64,000 nucleotides of DNA from an uncultured bacterium (GTDB lineage Bacteria > Bacillota_I > Bacilli_A > RFN20 > CAG-826): contig CASFZN010000021.1 of the NCBI GenBank assembly GCA_949299195.1, positions 7,114-71,113 on the forward strand, in the 5' to 3' direction. Below the pieces are notes generated by a model. The model saw only the letters and a list, made by a program, of their open reading frames with translations. It made no database searches and was not told the DNA's origin. Positions 20,044 to 31,175 of this stretch are shown piece by piece (within the stretch, counting starts at the first letter, position 1; every line of letters begins with the position of its first letter). Made by a program: the position numbers and the translations under genes.

Positions 20044-23000
20044 TTACATAAAATCAGTAAAAAGGTCTAAAGTTTCAGTTTCTCTTAAATCTTTTAAAGC
20101 TCCTAAATTTTTCATAACATCAACTAAAGTTTGGGATACCTTTCCTCTTTTTTGGAAATCTTCAATTGAATAAAATGGCGATTCATTTCTAGCTTTTACA
20201 ATTTCGTTTCCTACTGATAAACCAAGTCCATCAATTACTCTAAAAGGAGGGATTAAAGATTTTTTATCATGATCTACTATAAATTTATCTGGATCGCTTC
20301 GATAAATATCTACCATTTCAAATTTATAGCCACGTTCTGCAAATTCTAAAGCTGCAATCAAAGTATCATTGATATCAATCTCTTTAGTTGAAAGCTTATC
20401 TTCTGGATTCTTAGAATCCTTTCTTTTACGATAATATTCGAGTTTTTCCCAAATAGCATCTAAACCTTTACACATAGTTTCAATATCATATTGATCGCAC
20501 CTTAAAGTAAAGAAAGTAGCGTAATATTCTAAAGGATAGTAGACCTTAAAATATGCAACTCTTAACGCCATAATAACATACGCACAAGCATGTCCTTTAG
20601 GGAAAAGATATTTAATCTTATCACAGCTTGAAATGTAATAATCAGGAACATTATGACGTTTCATTTCTGCAACTTCTTCATCCGATAAACTCTTACCTTT
20701 TCTTACTTTTTCCATGATTTTAAACGACAAGGATTTATCAATACCCATCGAAATAAGGTAAGTCATAATATCATCACGACATCCGATGACTCCTCTTAAA
20801 TTGGTAAAGCCATTTTTGACTAAATCTTGGGCGTTACCACTCCAAACGTTAGTACCATGAGAAAGACCTGAAATAATAACTAAGTCACTAAACGATTTTG
20901 GTTTAACTTCTCTAACAATTTGTTTAACGAAATTAGTACCAAATTCTGGAATTCCAGTTGTCGCAACATCATCAACCTTAATATATTTATGTTTCATTTT
21001 TAAAGCTTTATTATTTTGGAAAATTGATAAAGCTTCTCTATCTCCAACATTAATATCTTCAACCTTTACGCCAGTTAAGTCACTCATCATCTTTAAAGCT
21101 TGAGGGTCAACATGTCCTAACATATCGAGTTTAAGGACAGTTTCATGAAGTGCTTTATATGCGAAATGAGTTGTTTTCCATGAACTATCTTTTTCGTTTG
21201 CAGGATATTGAATAGGAGTAAAATCATAAACTGAATATTCAGTAGGAATAACAATAATTCCGCCTGGATGTTGACCGGTTGTTCTTTTAACACCAACACA
21301 TCCACTAGCAATTCCTTCAACTAAATTCCATGAAACTGCATTATTATCAATATTCATAAAATCGAAGTAATCACGGACATATTTTTTACAAGTTTTAAAT
21401 TCAGCATTAGCGATTGTTCCGGCTCTAAAAACATTATCATCACCCCATAATTCTTTAGTGAAATTATGAGCAACATCCTTAAAGTCTGCAGGGAAATTTA
21501 AGTCGATATCAGGCGTTTTTTCAGCACTAAACCCTAAGAACGTTTCAAAAGGAATTGTTTGTCCATCTTTAACCATCATCGTTCCACATTCTGGGCAAAC
21601 TTTATCTGGAAGGTCGTATCCTGAAGTGACTCCATCTCTTGTATCGTGCCATTCAAAATGTTTACATTTAGGACATCTATAGTGAGGTGCTAAAGCGTTA
21701 ACTTCAGTAATTCCAGCACAATATGCAACAAATGAAGAACCAACCGATCCTCTAGATCCTACGATATAGCCTCTTTCATTCGTCTTTTTAACTAAAAGGT
21801 GAGCAATATAATAAATAACTGCGAATCCGTTATCAATAATACCTTTAAGTTCTGCATTTAATCGATTAGCGATAATTTCAGGAAGAGGATTTCCATATTC
21901 TCTATAAGCTCTTTCATAGACAATATCTTTAAGCTTGCCTTCAACGTTATCAATGGTTGGAGTATAAAGTTTATCATCAATTGGAGTTATACTTTCGCAC
22001 ATATCAGCGATTAAATTCGTGTTTTTAATGACATATTCTTGAATTTTTTCTTCATCTTCAAGCCAAGCAAAAGCATCAAGCATGTCCTGAGTTGTCATAA
22101 ATTCTTGGTCTGGATTATCAAAATAACCATATTTTTTACGATAATATGGATTAAGAGGGTGACGAGTTTTACCAATTCCTTCGGTTGCGATAAAAACGTC
22201 ACGATAAAGTTTCATTGATTTATATAGATAGTGGGTATCACCAGTTGCAACAACTGGTTTATTCATTTTTTCGGCATGTTCAATGATGGTTTTTAAATAG
22301 GATTTTAAAACATCGAAATTTAAAATTTCTTCAGTGTTTATTAAATACGAATAGTTTTTAAGTGGTTGAATTTCAATATAATCATAAAAAGATATCGCTT
22401 CGTTTAATTTTTCGTCGTTTCTATTAGTTGTAGAATAGAAAACTTCACCATTAAAGCAAGCGGAACCAACAAGTAAATGTCCACGATATTTTTCAATTAA
22501 ACTTCGAGGAGTTAATGGAACTTTTCCAATATAATCGGTGTGAGATAGAGAAACGATTTTATATAAATCTTTTAACCCTTCTCTATCTTTACAAAGTACG
22601 GTTACGTGATTTCCTCTAAGATTTTTATATAATTCTTGAGGAATTTCTAATTTTTCTAAATCTTTATGAGATAATCCATTGAATTTACGAGATAAAAGTC
22701 CTTGTAAACCAATCCAACATGAAGCTAAAACATTTGCATCGTAGTCTGCTCTATGTGCTTCATCTTCGTCATAATCAACATCAAAGTTTTTACATAATGC
22801 ACCTAAAGAATGACGTGTCTTTTCAGGGAAAATGTATCTTGATAATGCAAGAGTATCAATAACTGGTACATCTAAATCTTCGCCATAGATTTTTCTATAT
22901 GGTTCGTTAATCATTTCATAGTCAAAGTCAGCATTATGAGCAATTAAAATTGAACCTTTAATAAATTCTAAAAATTTAGGTAAAACTTCATCTATTTCAG

Positions 23001-24786
23001 GTGCATTTTTTACCATTTCATTAGTAATATGGGTCTTTTCTTCAATCTTTTTAGGAATAGGAATTTTAGGATTAACAAAAGTATCAAAGGTATCAACAAC
23101 CATTCCTCCAACTACTTTAACAGCACCTATTTCAGTGATTCTATCAAGTCTTATCGATAAACCTGTGGTTTCTAAGTCGAAAGCAACAAAACTTGCATTA
23201 CTTAACTTTATATCTTTGGGATTAAAGGCAGCGTTTAAATAGTCATTGATCATATAAAGTTCCGATCCATAAAGAATCTTGACTCCATATTTTTTTCCTG
23301 CATTTTGAGCATCAGGGAAAGATTGAACAACTCCATGATCTGTAACAGCGATAGCTTTCATTCCTAAATTTTTAGCATTTTTAACATAATCTTGGATTTT
23401 ATTAATGCCATCTAAGTCAGAAAAATTAGTATGTAAATGGAGTTCTACTCTTCTTTCTTCGCCTTGATATTTTTCTTCTAATAAAGGATCTTCTCCTAAG
23501 ACTTCGACCTTATGAGCAAAAATTGTGATGTCTTTGCCGTTTCTAATCTCTTTTACCTTACCTTTTACGCGAACATATAAAAATACTTGTTCTTTACTTT
23601 CTTCGGTTTCAGTTATTTTTGAGAATTTATCATCGTTCATCTCTTCTCTTGAAGCACGATATTCAACAACTACTGCACCTTTATTATCAGTTACACCAAA
23701 ACGAATATAGAAATTTCCTTTTTCGTCAGTTCTTTTTAAAGAATAATTAAATGCTCTTCCTTCAAATTCCATTGGTAAAGAATTGGCGTTAATTTCAAAA
23801 ACATTTAACTTTGCATATTCTTTTGGTTTCTTTAAAAGTTCGTAATATTCTTCTCTTTTTTTGTCTCTTAAATAGTTATTTTTAGCTTCATATAAAACAT
23901 AGGATTCAGTTTCTTCTTTTAAAGCCAAAAACTTCTCGTCATATTCTTTTTTTATTTGATTAATGTCAACTTCTTCATTATGAATCGATTCAATATCTTC
24001 ATTTATACCTTCATAATAAGGCTCTTCTTCATAATATTCTTTCTTTTCATAATCACTATCTTGAGGAGGAATTTCTTCTTCATTTATTAACTCATTAGAA
24101 GAATCAAAAGAAATGAATTCTTCATCTTCTTTTTCCATACTATTTAAATCAAATTCTGGGGTTTTTTCTTCTTCGATTATTGTTTCTTCATTTATAGTGA
24201 CTTCTTCTTTTTGGTCTACTATTTTAATAGTATCATCGATATTTTTAGCTTCTTCTTTTTTAGTTTTAATTCTAATTAAATCTTGATAAAAAAGCATTTC
24301 TTCATCTGTTAAAGAGTGGACCTCAAAATCTTTTATTGGATAATCAAAGTTTATAAAAGAAAATAAATCTTCTAAATCTTTTTTAATTAATAAGAAAGCT
24401 TGATGTTCTTCTTCATCTTTAAAATAAAGATAAATTCCATTTTTCTTATATAAACTATAGTTATATTCATCAAAAGATTTGTTGAAAATAAATTCATCAA
24501 TAAATTCTTTTATTTCTACATCATTAAATTCTTTATCATAGGTGAAATAAATTTCGTATTCATAATTTATATTTTCTTCAATATTTCTTAAAAATAAGTC
24601 TAAGGTTCTATATTTCCAAGGGTTTTTCTTACGAATATGGTATAAAAACTTAGGTTTTTCATTTTTTTCTCTACTTGCTTTTTGAATACTTACAAACTCT
24701 AAATCACTAAAATCATTAAGGTAATCTTCTAATTTTAAAGAATGTAAAAATCTAAGCATCAATTCTTTTTTATTATCTTTATTCAC
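20044..24786 (-). CDS. polC: DNA polymerase III PolC-type alpha subunit
   Basis: PHP motif VELHLHT, exonuclease motifs FDLETTG and HRADYDA, GSRGSVGSS, KTPDIDLNF, KYLFPKGHACAY. GTG start. Confidence 0.97.
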   Translation of the reverse strand: MNKDNKKELMLRFLHSLKLEDYLNDFSDLEFVSIQKASREKNEKPKFLYHIRKKNPWKYRTLDLFLRNIEENINYEYEIYFTYDKEFNDVEIKEFIDEFIFNKSFDEYNYSLYKKNGIYLYFKDEEEHQAFLLIKKDLEDLFSFINFDYPIKDFEVHSLTDEEMLFYQDLIRIKTKKEEAKNIDDTIKIVDQKEEVTINEETIIEEEKTPEFDLNSMEKEDEEFISFDSSNELINEEEIPPQDSDYEKKEYYEEEPYYEGINEDIESIHNEEVDINQIKKEYDEKFLALKEETESYVLYEAKNNYLRDKKREEYYELLKKPKEYAKLNVFEINANSLPMEFEGRAFNYSLKRTDEKGNFYIRFGVTDNKGAVVVEYRASREEMNDDKFSKITETEESKEQVFLYVRVKGKVKEIRNGKDITIFAHKVEVLGEDPLLEEKYQGEERRVELHLHTNFSDLDGINKIQDYVKNAKNLGMKAIAVTDHGVVQSFPDAQNAGKKYGVKILYGSELYMINDYLNAAFNPKDIKLSNASFVAFDLETTGLSIRLDRITEIGAVKVVGGMVVDTFDTFVNPKIPIPKKIEEKTHITNEMVKNAPEIDEVLPKFLEFIKGSILIAHNADFDYEMINEPYRKIYGEDLDVPVIDTLALSRYIFPEKTRHSLGALCKNFDVDYDEDEAHRADYDANVLASCWIGLQGLLSRKFNGLSHKDLEKLEIPQELYKNLRGNHVTVLCKDREGLKDLYKIVSLSHTDYIGKVPLTPRSLIEKYRGHLLVGSACFNGEVFYSTTNRNDEKLNEAISFYDYIEIQPLKNYSYLINTEEILNFDVLKSYLKTIIEHAEKMNKPVVATGDTHYLYKSMKLYRDVFIATEGIGKTRHPLNPYYRKKYGYFDNPDQEFMTTQDMLDAFAWLEDEEKIQEYVIKNTNLIADMCESITPIDDKLYTPTIDNVEGKLKDIVYERAYREYGNPLPEIIANRLNAELKGIIDNGFAVIYYIAHLLVKKTNERGYIVGSRGSVGSSFVAYCAGITEVNALAPHYRCPKCKHFEWHDTRDGVTSGYDLPDKVCPECGTMMVKDGQTIPFETFLGFSAEKTPDIDLNFPADFKDVAHNFTKELWGDDNVFRAGTIANAEFKTCKKYVRDYFDFMNIDNNAVSWNLVEGIASGCVGVKRTTGQHPGGIIVIPTEYSVYDFTPIQYPANEKDSSWKTTHFAYKALHETVLKLDMLGHVDPQALKMMSDLTGVKVEDINVGDREALSIFQNNKALKMKHKYIKVDDVATTGIPEFGTNFVKQIVREVKPKSFSDLVIISGLSHGTNVWSGNAQDLVKNGFTNLRGVIGCRDDIMTYLISMGIDKSLSFKIMEKVRKGKSLSDEEVAEMKRHNVPDYYISSCDKIKYLFPKGHACAYVIMALRVAYFKVYYPLEYYATFFTLRCDQYDIETMCKGLDAIWEKLEYYRKRKDSKNPEDKLSTKEIDINDTLIAALEFAERGYKFEMVDIYRSDPDKFIVDHDKKSLIPPFRVIDGLGLSVGNEIVKARNESPFYSIEDFQKRGKVSQTLVDVMKNLGALKDLRETETLDLFTDFM

Positions 24787-24931
24787 AATTTTTACCCCCT
24801 TTAATTTAAAAATAGTTATACCTTTATATATTATTTAATAGAATTAATTAACATCAAAATATAAATAAAATTTAATAAATCTTATTAAATGTATCACCAA
24901 TAATAAAATTATAATTCTTTAATTTAAAGAA

Positions 24932-26587
24932 TTAAAATAATGAAACAATATCTTTAATGATAATTCCAAACATCAAGGCAAAAAGGAGAATTAATCCAAT
25001 AGCAGACATAATATTTTTAACTTTTGGAGGAATTTCCCATTCTTTATACTCTTCTTCTTTTAAAGAAACATCCACTACTTCTTTATTACTATTTTCTTCG
25101 ATATTATCGCTATTTTCTATAGGAGTAACTAAAGAAGAAACGCTTTCTTTAGTTTCATTATTTTCTAAAATAACTTCGTTATTTGTTTCATTAATATTAC
25201 CTTCTAAAACAGGTTCATCACCTTTTCTTCTTTTTTGCTTAGAAGCCCAAATAGCTTTTTTAACTAAGTTGACACTACCTTCAACAATTTCTACTAAAAT
25301 TTGCCATCCATCTAGTCCTGGGAAAGGAAGAAGATTAAATAAAGCAAGATTAACACTGATCATTCCCCAAGTTTCTAAATAGAAAGAGAAAGGATAGTTA
25401 TTTAAAATTTGAGTAGTTTGAGTAAAAATAGCAATTGGCCCGCCAATATTAGACCAGCTTTCTGCTTTATAAAATAATTGTCCGATTGCATCAGCAATTA
25501 AGGTAGTTGAATCAACCCATTTTTTACCAGCATAACCAAAAGCATCCCATCCAAGCCATTCAAATTTAACATACATTCCAAGACCTAAACTCGAATAATT
25601 ATTTAAAGAATCTTTATGGAAAGTAACATTAAAAAGTTGTGACTCAACATCAGTTCCGTCATTGATATATTTAGAAAAAAGAATATCTAAATTTATATCC
25701 ATCATTTGATTTTCATTAACTCCAACAAATTCATATCCATTATTTGCAGGAGCAATTAAAGGAATAACATAATTTGATTCACTTGGAACATCGATAAAGT
25801 TTTCGCCATCTAATACTTTAATATCGCTTATTTCACTAGGAATTGAATCCATGGTGAAGCCTTCATAAAATTTGAAGCATTTAGAATAATCAGTATCGTT
25901 ATATCCGTAATTTGATGTATCAAGAAGGTAGACTATATCGCTACTTTCTCCATTTACTATTGTATTTTGAGCATTACCAACATTAGATAATGTAACGGTT
26001 TGAACATGTTCATTACCGCTTACATCCTTATAAGTATAAGTATATTGATAGGTATTAAAATTAATGAATGATTGTTCAATGAATTCTTTTTCTTCTAAAG
26101 TTAAAAGATTGCCTTCGCTATTTTTAAAGTTTTCATCGAATGTTTCTTCATCTAAAATTGAAACGACATTAACGATAGGATCATTAGTTAATTGAGGACT
26201 ACTTACGGCACTAATAAAAAAGATAATGTAGGCTAAAATAAAGTTCATTATAATGCCTGCCGACATGATAATGATTCTTTTCCATCTTTTAATTCCGACT
26301 AAACTTCTTTCTCTAGGGACGTCGACGTAATCTGGACTATCCTTATCTTCATCATCACTCTCTTCGCCATACATTCTGACATATCCTCCAAGAGGAATGA
26401 TTCCGACGCAGAATTTAGTTTCGCCCTTTTTCCTTTTATATTTAATAATTTTTGGTCCAAAACCTATTGAAAATTCACTACAAAATACATTGAAACTTTT
26501 TGCTGCAATAAAATGTCCTAATTCATGAATTGTAACTAAAACCCCTAATGCAATAAAAAATAATAGTAAAGAAATAATAAAATCCAT
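24932..26587 (-). CDS. rseP: RIP metalloprotease RseP (site-2 protease, M50)
   Basis: HELGH, FSIGFGP, PLGGYVRM and NLLPFPGLDG motifs. Synteny with dxr and cdsA. Confidence 0.92.
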   Translation of the reverse strand: MDFIISLLLFFIALGVLVTIHELGHFIAAKSFNVFCSEFSIGFGPKIIKYKRKKGETKFCVGIIPLGGYVRMYGEESDDEDKDSPDYVDVPRERSLVGIKRWKRIIIMSAGIIMNFILAYIIFFISAVSSPQLTNDPIVNVVSILDEETFDENFKNSEGNLLTLEEKEFIEQSFINFNTYQYTYTYKDVSGNEHVQTVTLSNVGNAQNTIVNGESSDIVYLLDTSNYGYNDTDYSKCFKFYEGFTMDSIPSEISDIKVLDGENFIDVPSESNYVIPLIAPANNGYEFVGVNENQMMDINLDILFSKYINDGTDVESQLFNVTFHKDSLNNYSSLGLGMYVKFEWLGWDAFGYAGKKWVDSTTLIADAIGQLFYKAESWSNIGGPIAIFTQTTQILNNYPFSFYLETWGMISVNLALFNLLPFPGLDGWQILVEIVEGSVNLVKKAIWASKQKRRKGDEPVLEGNINETNNEVILENNETKESVSSLVTPIENSDNIEENSNKEVVDVSLKEEEYKEWEIPPKVKNIMSAIGLILLFALMFGIIIKDIVSLF

Positions 26588-26643
26588 AATAAATAAATAA
26601 CTTCCTTTTTATATTGTTAACTGTTAAAGTCTACTATTTTTAA

Positions 26644-27894
26644 TTAATTTAACTCATTTTCTTTCAATAATTTAATGAAATAGTTAGTTTTATCTTTAAC
26701 AAGAGTAATTAATTTTACGATATCTTCTTCTTTTAATTGGAAAGAAGACGTAATTAACGACTTATTGATATTAGTTTCCTTATAAGTCTCATCTATTTTA
26801 TCAAGTATTACTTTTATATCAATATAATTGATTTCTTTATTTAAGAAGGCTTCAACTAAAACTTCGTTAGCGCTATTAATAATTAAGCCTTCAATACCTT
26901 TAATTTTAATAATTTCATATCCTAAATTAATTAAAGGAAATTTAATTTCATCAACCCTTGTAAGGTTATATGATTTTAAATCGTTAGTATAAACTGTATC
27001 TTTAAATTCGTTGTGTTTAGTATTAAATTCATATAAATTCAAAGCATCGATTAATGGAGTTTCCATTGTTGCTTTCCCTACACTTAATTTATAGGTTCCA
27101 TCTTTTAATTTAATAAAACTATGAACAGTCGAAGTTTTATCGATTACAACCTTGATTTTATCAATATCAAATTTAAATAAATAATAAGCTTCAACGATTT
27201 CAAAAGCTTTATTCATTAAGGTAGAAGAATCAATAGTAATCTTTTTACCCATTTTAAAATTTGGATGTTTTAAAGCATCTTCAACCTTAATATTTTTAAA
27301 TTCTTCGAGATCTAAATTTAAAAAAGGACCACCAGAACAGGTAATATAAATTGCTTCAACCTCACTTCTATCAACTCTTTTAAGAAGTTTAAAAAGTGCA
27401 GAATGTTCACTATCAAGAGGATAAATGAAGGTTTCATTAGGAAATTCTTCATTTAATTTTTCAATCTTTTCATCAATAATTTCTCCTGCAACAACAAGCG
27501 ATTCTTTATTTGCTAAAAAGATTTTCTTTTTTAAATCTAAACATTTAAGGGTAGGTAAAATTCCAGCACTTCCGCTTAAAGCATTTAAAACATATTCGCT
27601 ATTTACTTCTTCAATAAAATCTAAAAGATTATAGTCATCTTTTAAATATCTAATTTCAAACTTTCTAAAACGAAATTTTTCAGCAATATATTCAGCTTTT
27701 ATCTTATTTTCACAATAAAAATATCTTAATTTTTTATAAGATTTTAAAAATTTAGTTAAAGTTTCATTTGTGACATTTTCTTTGATTGCAATTCCTTTAA
27801 CTAAATAATCTTTTCTTTTTCTTAAAATGTTTAGGGCTTGATTTCCTACACTTCCAGAAGCTCCCAAAACTAAAATTTCTTTTTTATTTTTCAT
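26644..27894 (-). CDS. dxr: 1-deoxy-D-xylulose 5-phosphate reductoisomerase
   Basis: LGASGSVG, LANKESLV, PLDSEHSA, MGKKITIDSSTLMNK. Confidence 0.95.
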   Translation of the reverse strand: MKNKKEILVLGASGSVGNQALNILRKRKDYLVKGIAIKENVTNETLTKFLKSYKKLRYFYCENKIKAEYIAEKFRFRKFEIRYLKDDYNLLDFIEEVNSEYVLNALSGSAGILPTLKCLDLKKKIFLANKESLVVAGEIIDEKIEKLNEEFPNETFIYPLDSEHSALFKLLKRVDRSEVEAIYITCSGGPFLNLDLEEFKNIKVEDALKHPNFKMGKKITIDSSTLMNKAFEIVEAYYLFKFDIDKIKVVIDKTSTVHSFIKLKDGTYKLSVGKATMETPLIDALNLYEFNTKHNEFKDTVYTNDLKSYNLTRVDEIKFPLINLGYEIIKIKGIEGLIINSANEVLVEAFLNKEINYIDIKVILDKIDETYKETNINKSLITSSFQLKEEDIVKLITLVKDKTNYFIKLLKENELN

Positions 27895-27954
27895 AGAAAT
27901 TTACTCACATTTATAGAATAAATAATTTAAACTCTACTATTTTAAAGAGTTTAT

Positions 27955-29070
27955 CTATGCTATAAATGCAGCTCCATCTTTCATTGCAATAATAATTAAA
28001 GAAACAACAATTGAACTAATTATTATTGAATCGAATCTATCTAAAATTCCGCCATGAGATTTTAAAATAGTTCCAAAATCTTTAATGTGATATCCTCTTT
28101 TAATTGATGAGAATAATAAATCACCAAATGTACCAGCAAAAGGCATAACTATCGAAAGAATTAAAATATTATACCAGTGTTTAAAATCTAAAACTGCTTC
28201 TAATAATGGAACTTTAAAATAGGATAACAACATTCCAAATCCAAAGCTGATAATAAATGATGTGATAATTCCTCCAACAAATCCTGCCCAAGTTTTTTTA
28301 GGAGAAATGTTAGGACACATCTTTCTTTTTCCAAATAAAACTCCAAAAATATAAGCTCCAACATCATTTAAAGTTGTACCAGCTAAAACATAAAATAATA
28401 GCGCAGTAGACTCTAAATATTTAAATGTCGTGCTCATATCAGCAGTACTTTCGTAGGTAGAATAAGGTAAGAACCTTAAATAAATTAAACATTGAAGTCC
28501 AAAACTACAAACAAATAACATTACTATAAAATAGAAAGCATCGAAGATTTTGAACTCTTTATCGTAGAAAACTTGAAGGAAAAATAATAAGAAACATAAA
28601 CAAACAGTGGTTATAGAAAGTTGAGGAGAAGCAAACGATTTTGCTAAATCATAAGTAAACCCTTCACCAGTCCCATTCGCAATGTTGAAATGAATATATT
28701 TTTCAACTATATCTTTTAGAAAAATATAGAAAACCAGCGTAAACATCATGATGAACGCAAAAACATATACACTAGTTTTAAACTTATTTTCAATCGATTG
28801 AGGGGCTCTACAAATCTCTAAAGTAATGATAATTGCAAGTAAAACAATATATGCAATCCAAGTCCAAAGTCCAAAGAAAACGCACGGAATAGTAACCGCT
28901 AAAATTATTATTGCCATGACGCTTCTAGCAAAAAGATTTGACTTAGCCTCTTTATTAAGTTGATTTATATGATGTTCTCGATTTTGAAGTTTAAACTCTT
29001 CATTTTTGGCTAATTCATCGCTTTTTTGTTCTTTTATTTCTTCAGTATTTTTAACTTCCCTGTTTTTCAT
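27955..29070 (-). CDS. cdsA: Phosphatidate cytidylyltransferase
   Basis: ISPKKTWAG, GDLLFSSIKR, KDFG...HGGILDRFDS. Confidence 0.95.
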   Translation of the reverse strand: MKNREVKNTEEIKEQKSDELAKNEEFKLQNREHHINQLNKEAKSNLFARSVMAIIILAVTIPCVFFGLWTWIAYIVLLAIIITLEICRAPQSIENKFKTSVYVFAFIMMFTLVFYIFLKDIVEKYIHFNIANGTGEGFTYDLAKSFASPQLSITTVCLCFLLFFLQVFYDKEFKIFDAFYFIVMLFVCSFGLQCLIYLRFLPYSTYESTADMSTTFKYLESTALLFYVLAGTTLNDVGAYIFGVLFGKRKMCPNISPKKTWAGFVGGIITSFIISFGFGMLLSYFKVPLLEAVLDFKHWYNILILSIVMPFAGTFGDLLFSSIKRGYHIKDFGTILKSHGGILDRFDSIIISSIVVSLIIIAMKDGAAFIA

Positions 29071-29123
29071 TTTTAAACTTAACCGCTTTGATATTTATTA
29101 TTAATAAAAATGAAAAAGAAGGA

Positions 29124-29669
29124 TTAAACCTTCATGATTTCATCATTCTTTTCTTTTAAAATCTTATCTACCTTTTGAGTAAATTCATCAATTAATTTTT
29201 GAACTTCTGCTTCTTCTAATTTACGGGTGTCTTCAGTATAAGAATCGTCTTTTTTAATAGCTTCGATGGCATCACGTCTGACACTTCTTAAAGCAACTTT
29301 AGCTTCTTCGCCATAATTTTTAGCTTTTTTAGTTAATTCTTTTCTCCTATCTTCAGTTAATGCAGGCATATTTAATCTAATTTGTTTGCCATCAACAATT
29401 GGGTTAATTCCGATATCAGAAGCATTGATTGCAGCAACGATTGATTTAACATCGTTAGAATCAAAAGGAACGATTAAAAGTTGGCGTGGTTCTGGTACTT
29501 TAATTGCTGCAATTTGAGTAACAGGCATCTTATCGCCATAATAATCACAAGTTAAGTTATCAAGTAAAGCAACATTAGCCCTACCAGTTCTTAAAGTATT
29601 TAAAGATGATTCAAGCGAAGCAACGCATTTTTCCATCTTTTCTCTACATTCAGTTAAAATATCAACCAT
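29124..29669 (-). CDS. frr: Ribosome recycling factor
   Basis: LRTGRAN and PALTEDRRKEL motifs. ATG at 29669, just after the pyrH stop. Confidence 0.97.
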   Translation of the reverse strand: MVDILTECREKMEKCVASLESSLNTLRTGRANVALLDNLTCDYYGDKMPVTQIAAIKVPEPRQLLIVPFDSNDVKSIVAAINASDIGINPIVDGKQIRLNMPALTEDRRKELTKKAKNYGEEAKVALRSVRRDAIEAIKKDDSYTEDTRKLEEAEVQKLIDEFTQKVDKILKEKNDEIMKV

Positions 29670-29670
29670 T

Positions 29671-30411
29671 TTAGTTTTCCTCCCTTTTAATTGTTGATCC
29701 AATATCTAATCCATTAATGACTTTTAAATAGTTTTCTTCATCATCTCCAGAGAAGATACGGGTTATAACTTCACTATTTTTTAATAATTCCAAAGCAGGT
29801 TTATCCATGACTTTAAGAGATGAATCAATTGCTTCGGTATATGTTAAATTTTTAATAAATTTAGCATTCGCATTTTTATTTGGATCGTCACTATATACTC
29901 CATCAACTCCATGTTTTCCCATGAGTATAAGTTTTGCATCCATTTCTAATGCTCTTAAAGCGGCACAGGTGTCGGTCGTATGTCTTACCTTTCCTACACC
30001 ACCTGCAAAAAGTAAAACGTATCCTTCTTCTAAATATTTTTTAGCTTCTTCTATATTATATTTAGGAGCAACATCTTCTACTTCTAAAGCACTATATAAC
30101 TTATTTTTAATATTAAATTTAGTAAGGATTGAAGAAATAGCTTTTAAATTAATAACAGTTCCTACCATTCCAAGATAATCACCATCTTCGAAAGGAATTC
30201 CGTTTTCTTCTGCTATTCTTCCTCTAAAAATATTGCCAGCTCCACAAACAATTCCAACATTAACATTATTTTCTAATAATTTTTTAGTTAACGAAGCAAT
30301 TCCTTCCAATTTTTCTTTTGATAAAATCTTATTGTTAGAAGTATCAAGTAAAGCTTCGCCGCTAAGCTTAATAATCACATTAATATTTTTTGAATCACTT
30401 TCTTTTTTCAT
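29671..30411 (-). CDS. pyrH: UMP kinase
   Basis: KLSGEAL, GAGNIFRG, TTDTCAALRA, VDGVYSDDP, LKVMD. Confidence 0.93.
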   Translation of the reverse strand: MKKESDSKNINVIIKLSGEALLDTSNNKILSKEKLEGIASLTKKLLENNVNVGIVCGAGNIFRGRIAEENGIPFEDGDYLGMVGTVINLKAISSILTKFNIKNKLYSALEVEDVAPKYNIEEAKKYLEEGYVLLFAGGVGKVRHTTDTCAALRALEMDAKLILMGKHGVDGVYSDDPNKNANAKFIKNLTYTEAIDSSLKVMDKPALELLKNSEVITRIFSGDDEENYLKVINGLDIGSTIKREEN

Positions 30412-30557
30412 TGTGTAAAATTATATCAAATATTTAAATAAATATTAATCTATAAATTATTTTTTATAAACTTTAAAAATCTCGATAATAATCGATACTA
30501 TATCAATTTTTGTGTATTTATTAAAAAATATTTATCTTTAATAAATATTTTATAGTT

Positions 30558-31175
30558 ATGGCAAAAGAGAAAAAATATCCATTTATTATAATTCGATTGC
30601 AAATTTATATGGCCTATATGAAGTATATTTTTATTGTGAGTTTAATTCTGATGTTTGGAGTAGCTAAATATCATGGTTATGGGGCAATCATGATTCATTT
30701 TTATATTATTCCCAACCTCGCTCCGATTTTATTTTTAACTATAAAAATGATTAATATAAGTAATAAATATCGGGAATTTATAGATAAAAAGTAAGCGTTT
30801 AAGATATATTTTTTACCTTTTCTTTTTTTAATTAATGGCATAATCTTTCCGCTTGTTAACAATTATTCTCCAAATGATTTATAGATACTTATAACTCTTA
30901 TTATTTCAATTATTATAGAGATTGCATTAATTCTTATATATATTCTTATGATTTTTAGATATAAAAAACGGATTAAAAATAGACTTGATATTAAATTAAA
31001 TAATAATTTAAATGAGTTTTATGAATTATTTTATAATTTAGTAAATCTTAAAAATAACGATAATCTTGGACTTTATAAATTCTTGTCATTTCATTCTAAC
31101 TTATTTTATATAATTAGAATTTTTACTTTAGTTAATTCCGCATGTGTATTAAATTTAGGATTAGTTATGGAATAG
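30558..31175 (+). pseudogene. Fragmented membrane-protein gene remnant between pyrH and tsf
   Basis: Short hydrophobic ORF pieces (30558-30794, 30948-31175) separated by stops, in very AT-rich DNA and antisense to the flanking operon. Confidence 0.35.
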
